A model generated the notes under the pieces. That model ran no database searches. It saw only the letters and a list, made by a program, of their open reading frames with translations, and was not told the origin of the DNA. From a virus (lineage: Duplodnaviria > Caudoviricetes): 64,000 bases of DNA. Both the position numbers and the translations under genes were made by a program. How positions within the stretch are numbered: position 1 is the first letter of the stretch; each line of letters begins with the position of its first letter. The stretch spans positions 1 through 64,000 of IMG/VR virus record IMGVR_UViG_3300028833_000067; one strand, 5' to 3'. Of this stretch, positions 1 through 9,925 are shown piece by piece.

Positions 1-66
1 AAAAAACATAAAGCTTATGGATATCATTGGAGATTTAAATCAGATTATGAGGAGGGAAATATTTAA
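1..66 (+). CDS. 3' end of upstream ORF, possibly NUMOD1/IENR1 tail of a homing endonuclease (partial)
   Basis: Frame 1 reads KKHKAYGYHWRFKSDYEEGNI*. 'AYGYHWRF' resembles the NUMOD1 terminal motif. TAA overlaps the gyrB ATG. Confidence 0.4.
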   Translation, partial: KKHKAYGYHWRFKSDYEEGNI

Positions 67-1931
67 TGTCTTATGAAGGAAAAGATATAGTAACGCTTTC
101 ACAAGGTAGAGCATTTAGAGAAAAGATTGGAATGTATCTTTCCGGAGATAGGCAGGAGGCAGTTAATTTAGGTTTGCGCGAACTTATTGTTAATACACAA
201 GATGAATATGAAGTTTATAAGCCTAAAAATCCCTTTCTAAAAATCATTATAGATACTAGTAAACGCATTATTAGCGTAGAAGACAACATGCGTGGTATTC
301 CTGTTGCAATACGTGAAGATGGTATGAACTCACTTACCGCCGCCATGTTGATAAATCATAGCGGTGGTAAACATGCTGGAACGGCTTATGAATCTTCTGT
401 TGGTATCAATGGATGTGGTAATAAAATTGTCAATCATACTGCTAAATGGCTTGAAGTTGAAGTACATCGAGATGGAAAAATTTATACACAACGCTTTGAA
501 AGTGATGATGAAGGCGCGCATGAGGTAACCGGTGTAATAGCTAAAAAAGGAGACTCTTCTACTGGTACAAAAATTACTTATTCGCCTGATGAAAAAGTTT
601 ATGGCAGTTATTTTATTGAACTTGATAAATTGCGCCAAATGTTAAGAGAATTATCTTATTTTTCAAAAGGACTTAAGATTTCACTTATAGTAGATAAAGC
701 ACCAGAAGAAATTTTTCAATCACAAAATGGTTTGATTGATGGATTGAGTAATAAAGATACTATTTCAAAACCATTTCACTATAATTATAAAACAGATGAT
801 TGTGAAGTTGAATTAGCATTACAGTGGGTAAAAAAACGAGGTCATATTAAAGGCTATGCTAATGGACTTTATATGCCAGATGGAGGTGCCTTTATTAGTG
901 GATTTAAATCTTCATTAACTCGTACTTTTAATAGTTTAGCTAATAGTAAATTTGATGGAGATACTATTCGTAATTTACTTGATGGCTTTGTTTCTGTTAA
1001 AGTTAAGGTGGGTCAATTTTCAAATCAAGCAAAGACTGCTTTAGCTAATCCTGAAGCTCGTACTGCTACTTCCGCAGCAATTAGTGAAGCACTAAAACAA
1101 TTTGTTAATGAACATAATAGTGAATTTAATGCAGTAGTAGCTACTATTGAACGATTAGAAAAAGCCGATGAGGCCGCAGAACGCGCGAGAAATGCAGTAC
1201 TCAATATGGAGAAGAAAGAAACTGAACAACGTAAGCGTAAGGTGACTTCTTCTGATAAGTTTAAAGATTGTGAAAAGCATGGCCCCGATTCTATGCTTAT
1301 TATTTGTGAAGGTAATTCTGCATTGGGCGGTTTGATGCCCGCGCGAGATGTAAAGACAGAAGCGCTATATGCCGTACGCGGTAAAGTAAAGAATCTAATG
1401 AAACATCCGCTAGAAGAATGTCTAGAAAATCAAGAAGTATCTGATATTATTATGGCACTTGGGTGTGGTATTCAAGAGCGCTATAATGAAAAGAAACTTA
1501 ATTATGGGAAAGTAGCGATTGCAACGGATGCTGATGTAGATGGATATTCTATTATGTGCCTAATTGCAACTCTCTTCTATGTTCTAATGCCTAAGTTTAT
1601 TGAAGAAGGTCGACTTGGTTGGCTGCGCGCGCCGCTTTACAGATTAAGTAAAGGCAAACAGCATGTGTATGCTTATGACGATGATGAACTTGCTGAATTA
1701 AAGAAAACTCATAATGGATGGGAACAGAGTCGCTACAAAGGGTTGGGCGAGATGGTGGCAGAAGATATGGAAGAGTCTATGCTACATCCTGTAAATCGGC
1801 GTTTGGATATTCTTACTATTAATGATGCTGAACTCGCGGCAGAATCACTAAAGATGCTAATGGGCACTGAAGTTGAGGGACGTCGAGACTTCTTGTTTGA
1901 TAATGTTGATTTTAATATAATTAATAGTTGA
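66..1931 (+). CDS. gyrB: Type IIA DNA topoisomerase subunit B (GyrB/ParE-like)
   Basis: GHKL motifs (ELIVN, DNMRGIP, HSGGK, GINGCG), TOPRIM motifs EGNSA, RGKVKN, TDADVDG, and RYKGLGEM. No TAG. Confidence 0.95.
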   Translation: MSYEGKDIVTLSQGRAFREKIGMYLSGDRQEAVNLGLRELIVNTQDEYEVYKPKNPFLKIIIDTSKRIISVEDNMRGIPVAIREDGMNSLTAAMLINHSGGKHAGTAYESSVGINGCGNKIVNHTAKWLEVEVHRDGKIYTQRFESDDEGAHEVTGVIAKKGDSSTGTKITYSPDEKVYGSYFIELDKLRQMLRELSYFSKGLKISLIVDKAPEEIFQSQNGLIDGLSNKDTISKPFHYNYKTDDCEVELALQWVKKRGHIKGYANGLYMPDGGAFISGFKSSLTRTFNSLANSKFDGDTIRNLLDGFVSVKVKVGQFSNQAKTALANPEARTATSAAISEALKQFVNEHNSEFNAVVATIERLEKADEAAERARNAVLNMEKKETEQRKRKVTSSDKFKDCEKHGPDSMLIICEGNSALGGLMPARDVKTEALYAVRGKVKNLMKHPLEECLENQEVSDIIMALGCGIQERYNEKKLNYGKVAIATDADVDGYSIMCLIATLFYVLMPKFIEEGRLGWLRAPLYRLSKGKQHVYAYDDDELAELKKTHNGWEQSRYKGLGEMVAEDMEESMLHPVNRRLDILTINDAELAAESLKMLMGTEVEGRRDFLFDNVDFNIINS

Positions 1932-1938
1932 GGTAAAT

Positions 1939-2286
1939 ATGGATATTGAAAATGCAAAAATTACAAATACACGTATTTCTATGGCCGATCATGGTTGCTT
2001 GACTTTTGATTTAATGCTTGAAGGTGACGGTTGGGGCTGTAGTTACGGTGGATATTGTATCGGTAATGGATACTTAGGTGCTAAAGAATTTACAGCAAGT
2101 TCGGGTAATGGACTCGTAGCTATGATGAAAATTATGGATACAGTTGGTGTAGAGCGCTGGGAAGATTTAGAGGGCAAATATATTCGGTGCAAGACAAATG
2201 GATTGGGCAGAACTATTGATGAAATTGGTAATTTGATAGAAGATAAATGGTTTAATATTCGTGAATTTTTTGCGAATAATAGTTGA
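1939..2286 (+). CDS. Hypothetical phage protein
   Basis: 115-aa ORF with GAGG SD. Confidence 0.75.
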   Translation: MDIENAKITNTRISMADHGCLTFDLMLEGDGWGCSYGGYCIGNGYLGAKEFTASSGNGLVAMMKIMDTVGVERWEDLEGKYIRCKTNGLGRTIDEIGNLIEDKWFNIREFFANNS

Positions 2287-2311
2287 CATTTTCTAAAATT
2301 TATGTTATAAT
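2283..2311 (+). promoter_or_regulatory. Sigma-A/70 promoter
   Basis: TTGACA-17 nt-TATAAT with TG extended -10. Confidence 0.9.
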
Positions 2312-2342
2312 AAATAAAAAGAAAGGAGTGAAAATATGAAAT

Positions 2343-2765
2343 ATGAAATAGCTTGATTTTATCCCAAATTAGAAGCATATTACTATTCACCGAGAAATGG
2401 TTAGAGATTCTAAAAAGCAAGAAAGACCATATTTAATTATGTATAGTGATAATATAATTGAGGCTATGCATAGATTAACTCCTAATGCTTTTAAAATTTA
2501 TATTTATTTATGTACTTTTAGATCTTATATGACAATGGCTTATAGCCCAGAATATATATCATAGCATTTAAATATGTGTAGAGATACTGCGAGAAAAGCT
2601 CTAAAGGAACTTGAAGAAAATGGATATTTATATTTAGGAGAAAATCAATATAAATTTTATTTTTATGAATCTCCTGAAATAATAAAGCAAGAAATGGTAG
2701 CAGATTATCAAGAACGAATTAAACAATTACAAGATATGATTTTAGCAATATAGGTAAAGGAGTGA
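2343..2765 (+). CDS. Winged-helix DNA-binding protein (TAG=Gln), 140 aa
   Basis: Absent from the ORF track. Open with TAG at 2349, 2370, 2562 and 2751. Contains LTPNAFKIYIYL...SPEYISQHLNMCRDTARKALKELEENGYL (wHTH pattern). AAGGAG SD, ends TGA. Confidence 0.8.
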
Positions 2766-2769
2766 GAAT

Positions 2770-4842
2770 ATGATAAAAAATGTAGACTTTCAAAAAACGA
2801 CTGAAGAAGCATTTTTAAAATATGCAGCATCAGTAGCACAAGAACGTGCACTACCCGATGTACGTGATATGCTAAAAATCGGTTTGCGGCAAGGTCTATA
2901 TGCTCAGTTTACAAATAAGCTCACTCATAAGGATAAGTTTCAGAAAGCACAAAAGAGCGTAGCTTCGGCCATGTCTCAATCATATGTTCATGGTGATGTA
3001 GCAATGTATGACGCTCTTATTCGTGCGGCCAGACCATGGTCAAGCCGCTATCCGCTAGAAGATGTACAAGGTAGTTATGGTAATCCTTCATCTCCCGATA
3101 GCCATGCGGCCGCTCGTTATGTAGAAATGAAGTCTAGTGAAGTTTCAGACTTCATGTTTGACGGCCTAAAGAAAAATGCCATTACAGAATGGTACTGGAA
3201 TTATGATGATTCAGAACAAATTCCATCTGTATTTCCTTCTATTGGATATTGGAATATTGTAAATGGTTGTCAAGGTATCGCGGTAGCAATGGCAACATCT
3301 GTACCTCAATTTAATCTTAAAGAGGTTAATGATGCTCTTATTAAAATTATTAAAGACCCTTCAGTCAGCTTTGATCAAATTTATTGTGCTCCTGACTTCG
3401 CTACAGGCGGTATTCTTACAAATGCTGCTGAAGTAAAAGATAGTTTACGAGTTGGGCGAGGTAAATCTATACGCTTGCGCGCGAAAATAACTTATCAGCC
3501 TAAAGAAAATATGCTTCAAGCAACAGAGCTTCCATATGGAGTATTTACTAATACTGTAATGGATCAGCTTGCATCACTGGTAAATGAAGACCCAGATTAT
3601 GGTATTGATAAGGTTATTGACCATACAAAGAAAACTGCTGATATTCGTATTTATCTTTCCAAAGGACAGAATCCAGATAAAATGATTGCCAAGTTATATC
3701 ATGATACTTCACTTGAAAATCATTTTTCTGTAAATATGATTCTTTTGGATAAAGGGCGATTCCCGAAAGTATTTGGTTGGCGCGAAGCATGCGATGCTTA
3801 TATTGCTCATATTAGAGAATGTAAGCGTAATATAATTGAATTTGATTTAAATAAAGCTCTCGCGCGCGAAAACATCATTAATGGCTTACTAATTGCCTTA
3901 GCTAATATTGATGATATCGTTGCTATTATCAAAGGTAGTGATAGTCCAAAGGATGCTGCCGCAGCATTGATAGCAAAATACAAATTCAATAAAGAGCAGG
4001 TTGATGCGATTTTAGCTATGAAACTATCCTCTCTATGCAGACTTGACGGCGTAAAATTAAATGATGAGCTAGCAGAACTTACTAGGTTTATAGCGGACTG
4101 TCGCTACCTATTATCTGAGCCTACTGCTTTAGATGAAAAATTAATTGAAATACTAAATTTAGTATCTCAAAAATTTGGTGACGCAAGACGAACGCAAATC
4201 ACTAATACGCTTGGTGATGAAGAAGAACCTGAAGAAATTGAAGAACAAGATATCGCTGTTATTTATAATGGAAAGACAATTAAGCTTGTTGAAAAAGGTA
4301 AAGAAGCTAAGTTCAAACAGACTATTATATACACAACAAATCTTGGCTCACTTACATTGATTACTGATGCAGGAAAAATGTATAATATTTCTCTTAGTAA
4401 GTTAAAGTTGGATAAAGAATATAAAATAACTGATGTAGCTGATATTGGAGGAGAACATCCGCGCCTACTGATTGATACTATGAGTTTTAATGCTTATCAG
4501 TCTTTAACTTGTATTACTAAGAAAGGTTTTATCAAGAAAAGCCATATTGGAGAATACGTTGCTCGCGCGAAAAAAGGTGTAGCAATTAACAAGATGGATG
4601 ATGATGATAGCATTGTAGAAATTATTCTAAGTAGCGATGATGATGATAGAGTAGTTGTTATTAGTAATAATGATTATTACAACTGTTATCCTCTAAGTGA
4701 TTTAAGTTATACTGGGCGTACAACCAAAGGTGTAAAAGCAATTAAGCTTAATACCGATGAATATGTAAAGGAAGCTAAGTGGGTAGGAGATAATACATAT
4801 AAAATTACCGGTCGAGCGGTAAAAGGAGTAAAGAATGGATAA
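2770..4842 (+). CDS. gyrA: Type IIA DNA topoisomerase subunit A (GyrA/ParC-like)
   Basis: ERALPDVRD, YVHGD, catalytic AAARY, GIAVAMAT, PDFATGG, short beta-pinwheel CTD (GRTTKGV). No TAG. Confidence 0.95.
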   Translation: MIKNVDFQKTTEEAFLKYAASVAQERALPDVRDMLKIGLRQGLYAQFTNKLTHKDKFQKAQKSVASAMSQSYVHGDVAMYDALIRAARPWSSRYPLEDVQGSYGNPSSPDSHAAARYVEMKSSEVSDFMFDGLKKNAITEWYWNYDDSEQIPSVFPSIGYWNIVNGCQGIAVAMATSVPQFNLKEVNDALIKIIKDPSVSFDQIYCAPDFATGGILTNAAEVKDSLRVGRGKSIRLRAKITYQPKENMLQATELPYGVFTNTVMDQLASLVNEDPDYGIDKVIDHTKKTADIRIYLSKGQNPDKMIAKLYHDTSLENHFSVNMILLDKGRFPKVFGWREACDAYIAHIRECKRNIIEFDLNKALARENIINGLLIALANIDDIVAIIKGSDSPKDAAAALIAKYKFNKEQVDAILAMKLSSLCRLDGVKLNDELAELTRFIADCRYLLSEPTALDEKLIEILNLVSQKFGDARRTQITNTLGDEEEPEEIEEQDIAVIYNGKTIKLVEKGKEAKFKQTIIYTTNLGSLTLITDAGKMYNISLSKLKLDKEYKITDVADIGGEHPRLLIDTMSFNAYQSLTCITKKGFIKKSHIGEYVARAKKGVAINKMDDDDSIVEIILSSDDDDRVVVISNNDYYNCYPLSDLSYTGRTTKGVKAIKLNTDEYVKEAKWVGDNTYKITGRAVKGVKNG

Positions 4843-5230
4843 GAAATATATAACATTATTTAAGGATTTGGCACAAGCGACTGCGGCTTCTGCCGAATCA
4901 GTAATGGAATATAATAGAAGCTAGAATGATGAAAAAGGCTTGTCCACTGCTACAATTATGCGTGATGATTTTCAAGCATTAGTAGATACAATTCAAGAAG
5001 CAGGTGATAATTATGCACCTACGCAACCTGAAGCTGCGCGATTATTAGTGGGCGCAATGATAATGGTAAATCAATTACAAGATAAAATAAATGCATTGCA
5101 TAAGGCTATTACTGGTTATTAGACAGATGTAATTCCAAAGCTACAAGAAATTGTAGACAAGGCGGGTTCAGATAATGAACTTGCGCGAAAAATGGCAAAT
5201 GAAAAATTTATTATTGAAGAAAAAGAATAA
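4835..5230 (+). CDS. Helical hypothetical protein (TAG=Gln), 131 aa
   Basis: ATG with AAGGAG SD. Two in-frame TAGs (4922, 5120) flank track fragment 4940-5122. Ends TAA. Confidence 0.75.
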
Positions 5231-5234
5231 TTAT

Positions 5235-5263
5235 TTGACATTTTATAAAATTTAATATATACT
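5235..5263 (+). promoter_or_regulatory. Sigma-A/70 promoter
   Basis: TTGACA-17 nt-TATACT. Confidence 0.85.
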
Positions 5264-5370
5264 ATATATGAAAAAAGAAAAGTGGCCCGTGTGCGGGATA
5301 AAGTAATTTGAAGAACAATTGAATAAGCTTAAAATAACAAATAAATCTATATAAGATATAAAAAGGAGAA

Positions 5371-5745
5371 ATGCATATGACAGTTAATAGTGAGCGCGTA
5401 CTAAATTTTTTAAAGGAACATTATGGTCAGGAATTTTCTAAGAATGAAATTAAGGATGCTCTAGGGATTTCTTTGAGCGCAGTTATTGGTAGTATTAATC
5501 CTCTTGAAAAGAATGGCTATACTCGTATTACTCGTACAGAAGTAGTTGAACTAGAACCAGCAACTGAGACTCGGAAAGCTAAGACTAAGGAAGTTAAGTA
5601 TCATACACTAACTGAAGCTGGCCTTGCCTACGATCCAGTAGCTGAAGAACAGGCTAAGCTCGCCGCAAAGCAGGCAGAAAAGGAACGCAAGGCCGCAGAA
5701 AAAGCAGCTGCGAAGGCCGCAAAGGAAGCAGAAGCAGAATTTTAA
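5371..5745 (+). CDS. Winged-helix DNA-binding protein with Lys/Ala-rich tail
   Basis: RVLNFLKEH...NEIKDALGISLSAVIGSINPLEKNGY...YHTLTEAG (wHTH pattern). Start may be 5377. Confidence 0.7.
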   Translation: MHMTVNSERVLNFLKEHYGQEFSKNEIKDALGISLSAVIGSINPLEKNGYTRITRTEVVELEPATETRKAKTKEVKYHTLTEAGLAYDPVAEEQAKLAAKQAEKERKAAEKAAAKAAKEAEAEF

Positions 5746-5781
5746 TTAAGAATAAATAACGAAGCAAAGGAGAAATGTAAA

Positions 5782-6684
5782 ATGAAAAGTATTAATATTC
5801 AGGCAACAAATAAACTAAATCTAGCAGGTACTCTAATGGATGTAACCTTCGGAGATGGTAAGCTATCTGATGGTCGTCCATATCAGCGTGCAACGGTAAC
5901 AGTTCGTGTTACTCAGACTTATGGCGGAAAGGAAGAAACTAGTGATGTACAGGTTGGTATGTTCGCAACTGAGTATACATCTACTGGTAAGAATAATCCT
6001 GCCTGGAAGAGCCTAAATGATCTAAAGCTAATGAAGACGGCACAGAATGTTGGTATTGATCATGCATCTCATGTACGTCTAACAGGCGCTTCTCTACAGG
6101 AAAATAACTTTGTATCTCGTACTGGACAGCTAATTAATGGTTGGCAGATTCGTGGTTCATTTATTAATGAGGCTCGTGTTGCAGATGTAGCATCTTTTGT
6201 AACTGATATCTTTATTATGGATATGCATGATGAAGTAGATCGTGAAGGTGATACTACAGGCCGTCTAGTGATTAAGGGTGGTATTGTACAGTATGGTGGA
6301 AAGCTCGACGTAGTTGAGTTTATTGTTGAAGCTCCCGATACTGTTGAATATATTTCTCGTAATTGGGAAACCAATGGTACAGTTACCGTTAAGGGCCGTA
6401 TTCGTGTTCTTTCTCAGGAAGAGGAAGTACAGTCTAGCGGCTGGGGTGAAGATGTACCAGAAACCACAACTAAGTTTGTGCGTGAGCTAATTATTACTAC
6501 TGGTGATGATGAATGTAAGGAAGAAGATTTTGCATATGATCCAGTAGAAATTAAGAAGGCATTTAATGAACGTAAGGCGGCAATTGAGCAGATGCAGATT
6601 AATGCTCGCGCTCATACTACAAAGCAGGGCGCTGGTAGTGCTAATGCCGCAGAAGCTTCCTCTAAGAAGTATGATTGGGAGTAA
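5782..6684 (+). CDS. Putative single-stranded DNA-binding protein (two OB-like halves)
   Basis: OB-type motifs (LAGTL, TVTVKGRI), acidic/aromatic C-terminus YDWE, next to a Sak4-like ATPase. Confidence 0.65.
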   Translation: MKSINIQATNKLNLAGTLMDVTFGDGKLSDGRPYQRATVTVRVTQTYGGKEETSDVQVGMFATEYTSTGKNNPAWKSLNDLKLMKTAQNVGIDHASHVRLTGASLQENNFVSRTGQLINGWQIRGSFINEARVADVASFVTDIFIMDMHDEVDREGDTTGRLVIKGGIVQYGGKLDVVEFIVEAPDTVEYISRNWETNGTVTVKGRIRVLSQEEEVQSSGWGEDVPETTTKFVRELIITTGDDECKEEDFAYDPVEIKKAFNERKAAIEQMQINARAHTTKQGAGSANAAEASSKKYDWE

Positions 6685-6708
6685 GGCGAAAGCCTTACTT
6701 TCCTTTTC
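6681..6708 (+). terminator. Intrinsic terminator/attenuator
   Basis: GTAAGGC-GAAA-GCCTTAC followed by a T-rich tract. Confidence 0.7.
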
Positions 6709-6728
6709 TACTAATGGAGGTGGATTAA

Positions 6729-7724
6729 ATGGCAGATATTGATATTTTCTCTCTTGAGCCTTCTAAGATTTCAAGAGACTTAAAGGGAAAGTTCCTATTA
6801 ATTTATGGTCAGCCGAAAACAGGAAAATCTACATTTGGTAGTCAGCTTCCTCGTGCACTATTTATGAATTTTGAACAAGGTACAAATGCTCTCGCTGGTA
6901 TTCGTAGTGCTCCTATTCTTCGTTGGACAGATGCAAAGAAAGTTCTAACACAACTTCGTAAGCCGCAGGCAAAAGAAATGTATGATTCAATTGTAGTAGA
7001 TACGGCCTCGATTGCTTGGCAGCTATGTGAGAAATATATTTGTCAGCGTGAAAATGTAGATAGTATTAGGGATGTGCCTTGGGGTCAAGGTTGGAATATG
7101 CTAAAGACAGAATTTTCTGAATTTTGGCGCGAAATTACACTATTAGGTTTTGGCATTTTATTTATTGCCCATAGTAAAGATAAACCAACCGAAATGCGTA
7201 ATGAAGATGGTGAAGCCATTACAGCGGTTTGTCCCGATCTACCAAATCAGTGTTATACAATTATTAATTCTATTGTAGATATTATTGGTTATCTACAAGT
7301 ACAGATGAATCCAGATGGAACTTCGGAAAGATATTTATACACACGGTCAACCCCATATGTATTTGCCGGTAGTCGTTATCAGTATCTTGCTCCAAAGATT
7401 AAATTTGGATATCAAGAATTAGTAGATGCAATTGGTGAAGCAATTGATAAAGCAGTGGAGCTTGATGGCGCGCAGGTAACTGATCATACAGAAATTGCAC
7501 AAATTAAAGATCGTCCATTTACTGAGGTAATGGCTGAAGCTAAAGCAATTTGGATTAAGTATCTTGAACTTGGCGGCGAAGAAAATAAAGATCAGCATTT
7601 GATGATTATGAAGGATATTATTAAGAAGGTATTCGGTTCTGAAGACTTTAAACTAAGTCAAGCAGTTCCTTCACAGTCTTCATTGGTTGAATACTTTATT
7701 GATGAAGTAAAACAGTTGATGTAA
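6729..7724 (+). CDS. AAA_24 / Sak4-like P-loop ATPase (recombinase)
   Basis: Walker A YGQPKTGKST, Walker B IVVDT, FIAH motif, WGQGW. Confidence 0.85.
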   Translation: MADIDIFSLEPSKISRDLKGKFLLIYGQPKTGKSTFGSQLPRALFMNFEQGTNALAGIRSAPILRWTDAKKVLTQLRKPQAKEMYDSIVVDTASIAWQLCEKYICQRENVDSIRDVPWGQGWNMLKTEFSEFWREITLLGFGILFIAHSKDKPTEMRNEDGEAITAVCPDLPNQCYTIINSIVDIIGYLQVQMNPDGTSERYLYTRSTPYVFAGSRYQYLAPKIKFGYQELVDAIGEAIDKAVELDGAQVTDHTEIAQIKDRPFTEVMAEAKAIWIKYLELGGEENKDQHLMIMKDIIKKVFGSEDFKLSQAVPSQSSLVEYFIDEVKQLM

Positions 7725-7730
7725 TATATA

Positions 7731-7753
7731 AAAGAGCCGAAAGGCTCTTTTTT
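7731..7753 (+). terminator. Intrinsic terminator
   Basis: AAAGAGCC-GAAA-GGCTCTTT plus T-run. Confidence 0.85.
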
Positions 7754-7755
7754 AT

Positions 7756-7784
7756 TTGACTTTTTCTGGAAATCATGGTATACT
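7756..7784 (+). promoter_or_regulatory. Sigma-A/70 promoter
   Basis: TTGACT-17 nt-TATACT with TG extension. Confidence 0.8.
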
Positions 7785-7815
7785 TTATACAGAATGAAAT
7801 ATAGGAAGTGATAGT

Positions 7816-8301
7816 ATGCAGATAACTAGAAAATGTGCTGGATGTAAAGGTGAATTTTATAAAGATGAATTAATTCAGTATGCATCTCTTAGTGGAAAAA
7901 CTACATATTGGTATTGTCCAACTTGTTATGAAGAAAAGTTAGCGCGAGAAAGATTCTCAAATAAAGTGTGTGAAATATTTGGAATTAAGAGTCCTGGGCC
8001 ACGTATTTGGACAGAGAGAAAACGTTTGAAAAATGAATATGGTTATACAGATGATGCAATTGTTGATTGTCTTGATTATATTTATAATGTATCAAAGAAA
8101 GACAAATTGTCTGAGTCATTGGCTTTGGTAGGACCACGTAGTATGGCAAATATGAAAGCTTGGCGTGCAGATAGACAGGCTCGCGCGAGTAGTATTGCGG
8201 CAGCAATTGCAAATACAGAGACACATGAATATGTAGTTCCTATTAAAGAAAACACTTCTAAGAAAAAAGAAATAAATCTTGATGATGCACTATTAGATTA
8301 A
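7816..8301 (+). CDS. Zinc-finger protein, possible helicase loader/replisome factor
   Basis: CAGC...CPTC, immediately upstream of the helicase. Confidence 0.55.
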   Translation: MQITRKCAGCKGEFYKDELIQYASLSGKTTYWYCPTCYEEKLARERFSNKVCEIFGIKSPGPRIWTERKRLKNEYGYTDDAIVDCLDYIYNVSKKDKLSESLALVGPRSMANMKAWRADRQARASSIAAAIANTETHEYVVPIKENTSKKKEINLDDALLD

Positions 8302-8318
8302 AGTAAAGGAGGAATTAT

Positions 8319-9920
8319 ATGACGCTATCCGACACTCAGGCTTATCGCCAGATTATCGGTTGCTTAATGTATAAACCTCTATTATTTTTGGAGTATCCAG
8401 ACATACGTCCGCAAGACTTTGATTTTAAGTCAGCAAAAGTATGTCTAATGGCAATTAAAAAATTATATGAGGCGGGCGCCACGGCATTGACGCCGATGGA
8501 GGTAGACCAAGAGATTGAACGAAGCGGTGGTTTGGCCGCATCAACATATAAAGGTGAAAACGGTCTTGACTTTCTTAAGAACGCATATGAGTACGCCCAA
8601 TTAGGCAACTTTGAAGTATATTATAAAAGATTAAAAAAGAATTCATTATTAAGAAAGTTACAGCAAGAACATTATGATATTAGTGAATATTTTATTGATG
8701 ATAAAGATGCAAAAGATCCGAAATTAGAAGTATCTTTAATTAATAAGTTAGAAGCGGCAACACTAGATGAAATATTAAATAGTGTTGAGAAAAAGTATAA
8801 TGAAATTCGTAGTGAATTTACGAATGGTAATAGTAGGCAGGGAAATCCCGCGGAAGGGGTTATGACATTAATTGAAGAATTAAGAACTTCTCCAAGTATT
8901 GGGCCTTCAATGGAAGGAAAGATTTTTAGTTCAGTATGTAGAGGCGCACGAGAAGGTTGTTTCTTTTTAAAAAGTGCAAGTACAAGTGCAGGTAAGTCTC
9001 GTACAAGTATATTTGATGCATGTCATTTGGCTTATCCGAAGCGGTGGTCGCATAAAAAGAATTCATTTATTGAAGAATTGGATTCTGAAGGTAATGTACG
9101 GATGCCAAGAAAAGTATTATTCATTGTAACAGAAATGGATAAAGAAGAGTTGCAAACAATTATGTTAGCATATCTTTCTGGAGTAGATGAAGATCATATT
9201 TTAACAGGACATTATGAAACTCCAATGGAATTGGCACGAGTTAAAGCCGCGGCAAGAATAATGGAAGAATATAGTGGATACTTTATTATTGAAGAAATAA
9301 GTGATCCAAACTTACAAAATGTTCAATCAACGATTCGTAAGTATGCAACAGTTGATGAAGTTAAGTATGTATTTTTCGATTATATTCATTCTACGGCAAG
9401 TATGATTGGACAATTTACAAAGAATAATGTTAGAGAAGATGTTATTCTAATGATGATGGCGAACCAGTTAAAACAACTTGCCAAAGATTATAATATTTTT
9501 ATTTCATCTGCGACTCAGGTAAATGCATTGGGTATGGAAAATGATGAGATGGAGTTTAAAGATGAGAAAAGTATCCGTGGGGCGAAATCAATAGCTGATA
9601 AAGCAGATATGGGTTATGTAATGACTCGTATCTCGGAAAAAGGATGGTTATCATTGAAAGCAGGTTTGAAAGTAGCGGTTCGTGATGGCACAATTAAACC
9701 AGAGTGTATTGAAGATTCAACTCGTCCGACTCATGTATTGGATATCTATAAAATGCGGCGTGGCCGCTATAAAATGATAAGAATTTGGATAAGATTACAT
9801 TTAGGTACAGGAGAAAGAGAAGATTTATTTATTACAAATGCTTTAAATCAACCTATTCCAGAGCCAATTGATTTATTCTCAAGCGCGAGTGAACGAAAAA
9901 TTAGTATGGAGAAAGGATAA
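8319..9920 (+). CDS. dnaB: Replicative DnaB-like helicase
   Basis: ASTSAGKS Walker A, TEM, FFDYI Walker B, ATQVN, IRGAKSIADKAD, KMRRG. Confidence 0.9.
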   Translation: MTLSDTQAYRQIIGCLMYKPLLFLEYPDIRPQDFDFKSAKVCLMAIKKLYEAGATALTPMEVDQEIERSGGLAASTYKGENGLDFLKNAYEYAQLGNFEVYYKRLKKNSLLRKLQQEHYDISEYFIDDKDAKDPKLEVSLINKLEAATLDEILNSVEKKYNEIRSEFTNGNSRQGNPAEGVMTLIEELRTSPSIGPSMEGKIFSSVCRGAREGCFFLKSASTSAGKSRTSIFDACHLAYPKRWSHKKNSFIEELDSEGNVRMPRKVLFIVTEMDKEELQTIMLAYLSGVDEDHILTGHYETPMELARVKAAARIMEEYSGYFIIEEISDPNLQNVQSTIRKYATVDEVKYVFFDYIHSTASMIGQFTKNNVREDVILMMMANQLKQLAKDYNIFISSATQVNALGMENDEMEFKDEKSIRGAKSIADKADMGYVMTRISEKGWLSLKAGLKVAVRDGTIKPECIEDSTRPTHVLDIYKMRRGRYKMIRIWIRLHLGTGEREDLFITNALNQPIPEPIDLFSSASERKISMEKG

Positions 9921-9925
9921 TATAA

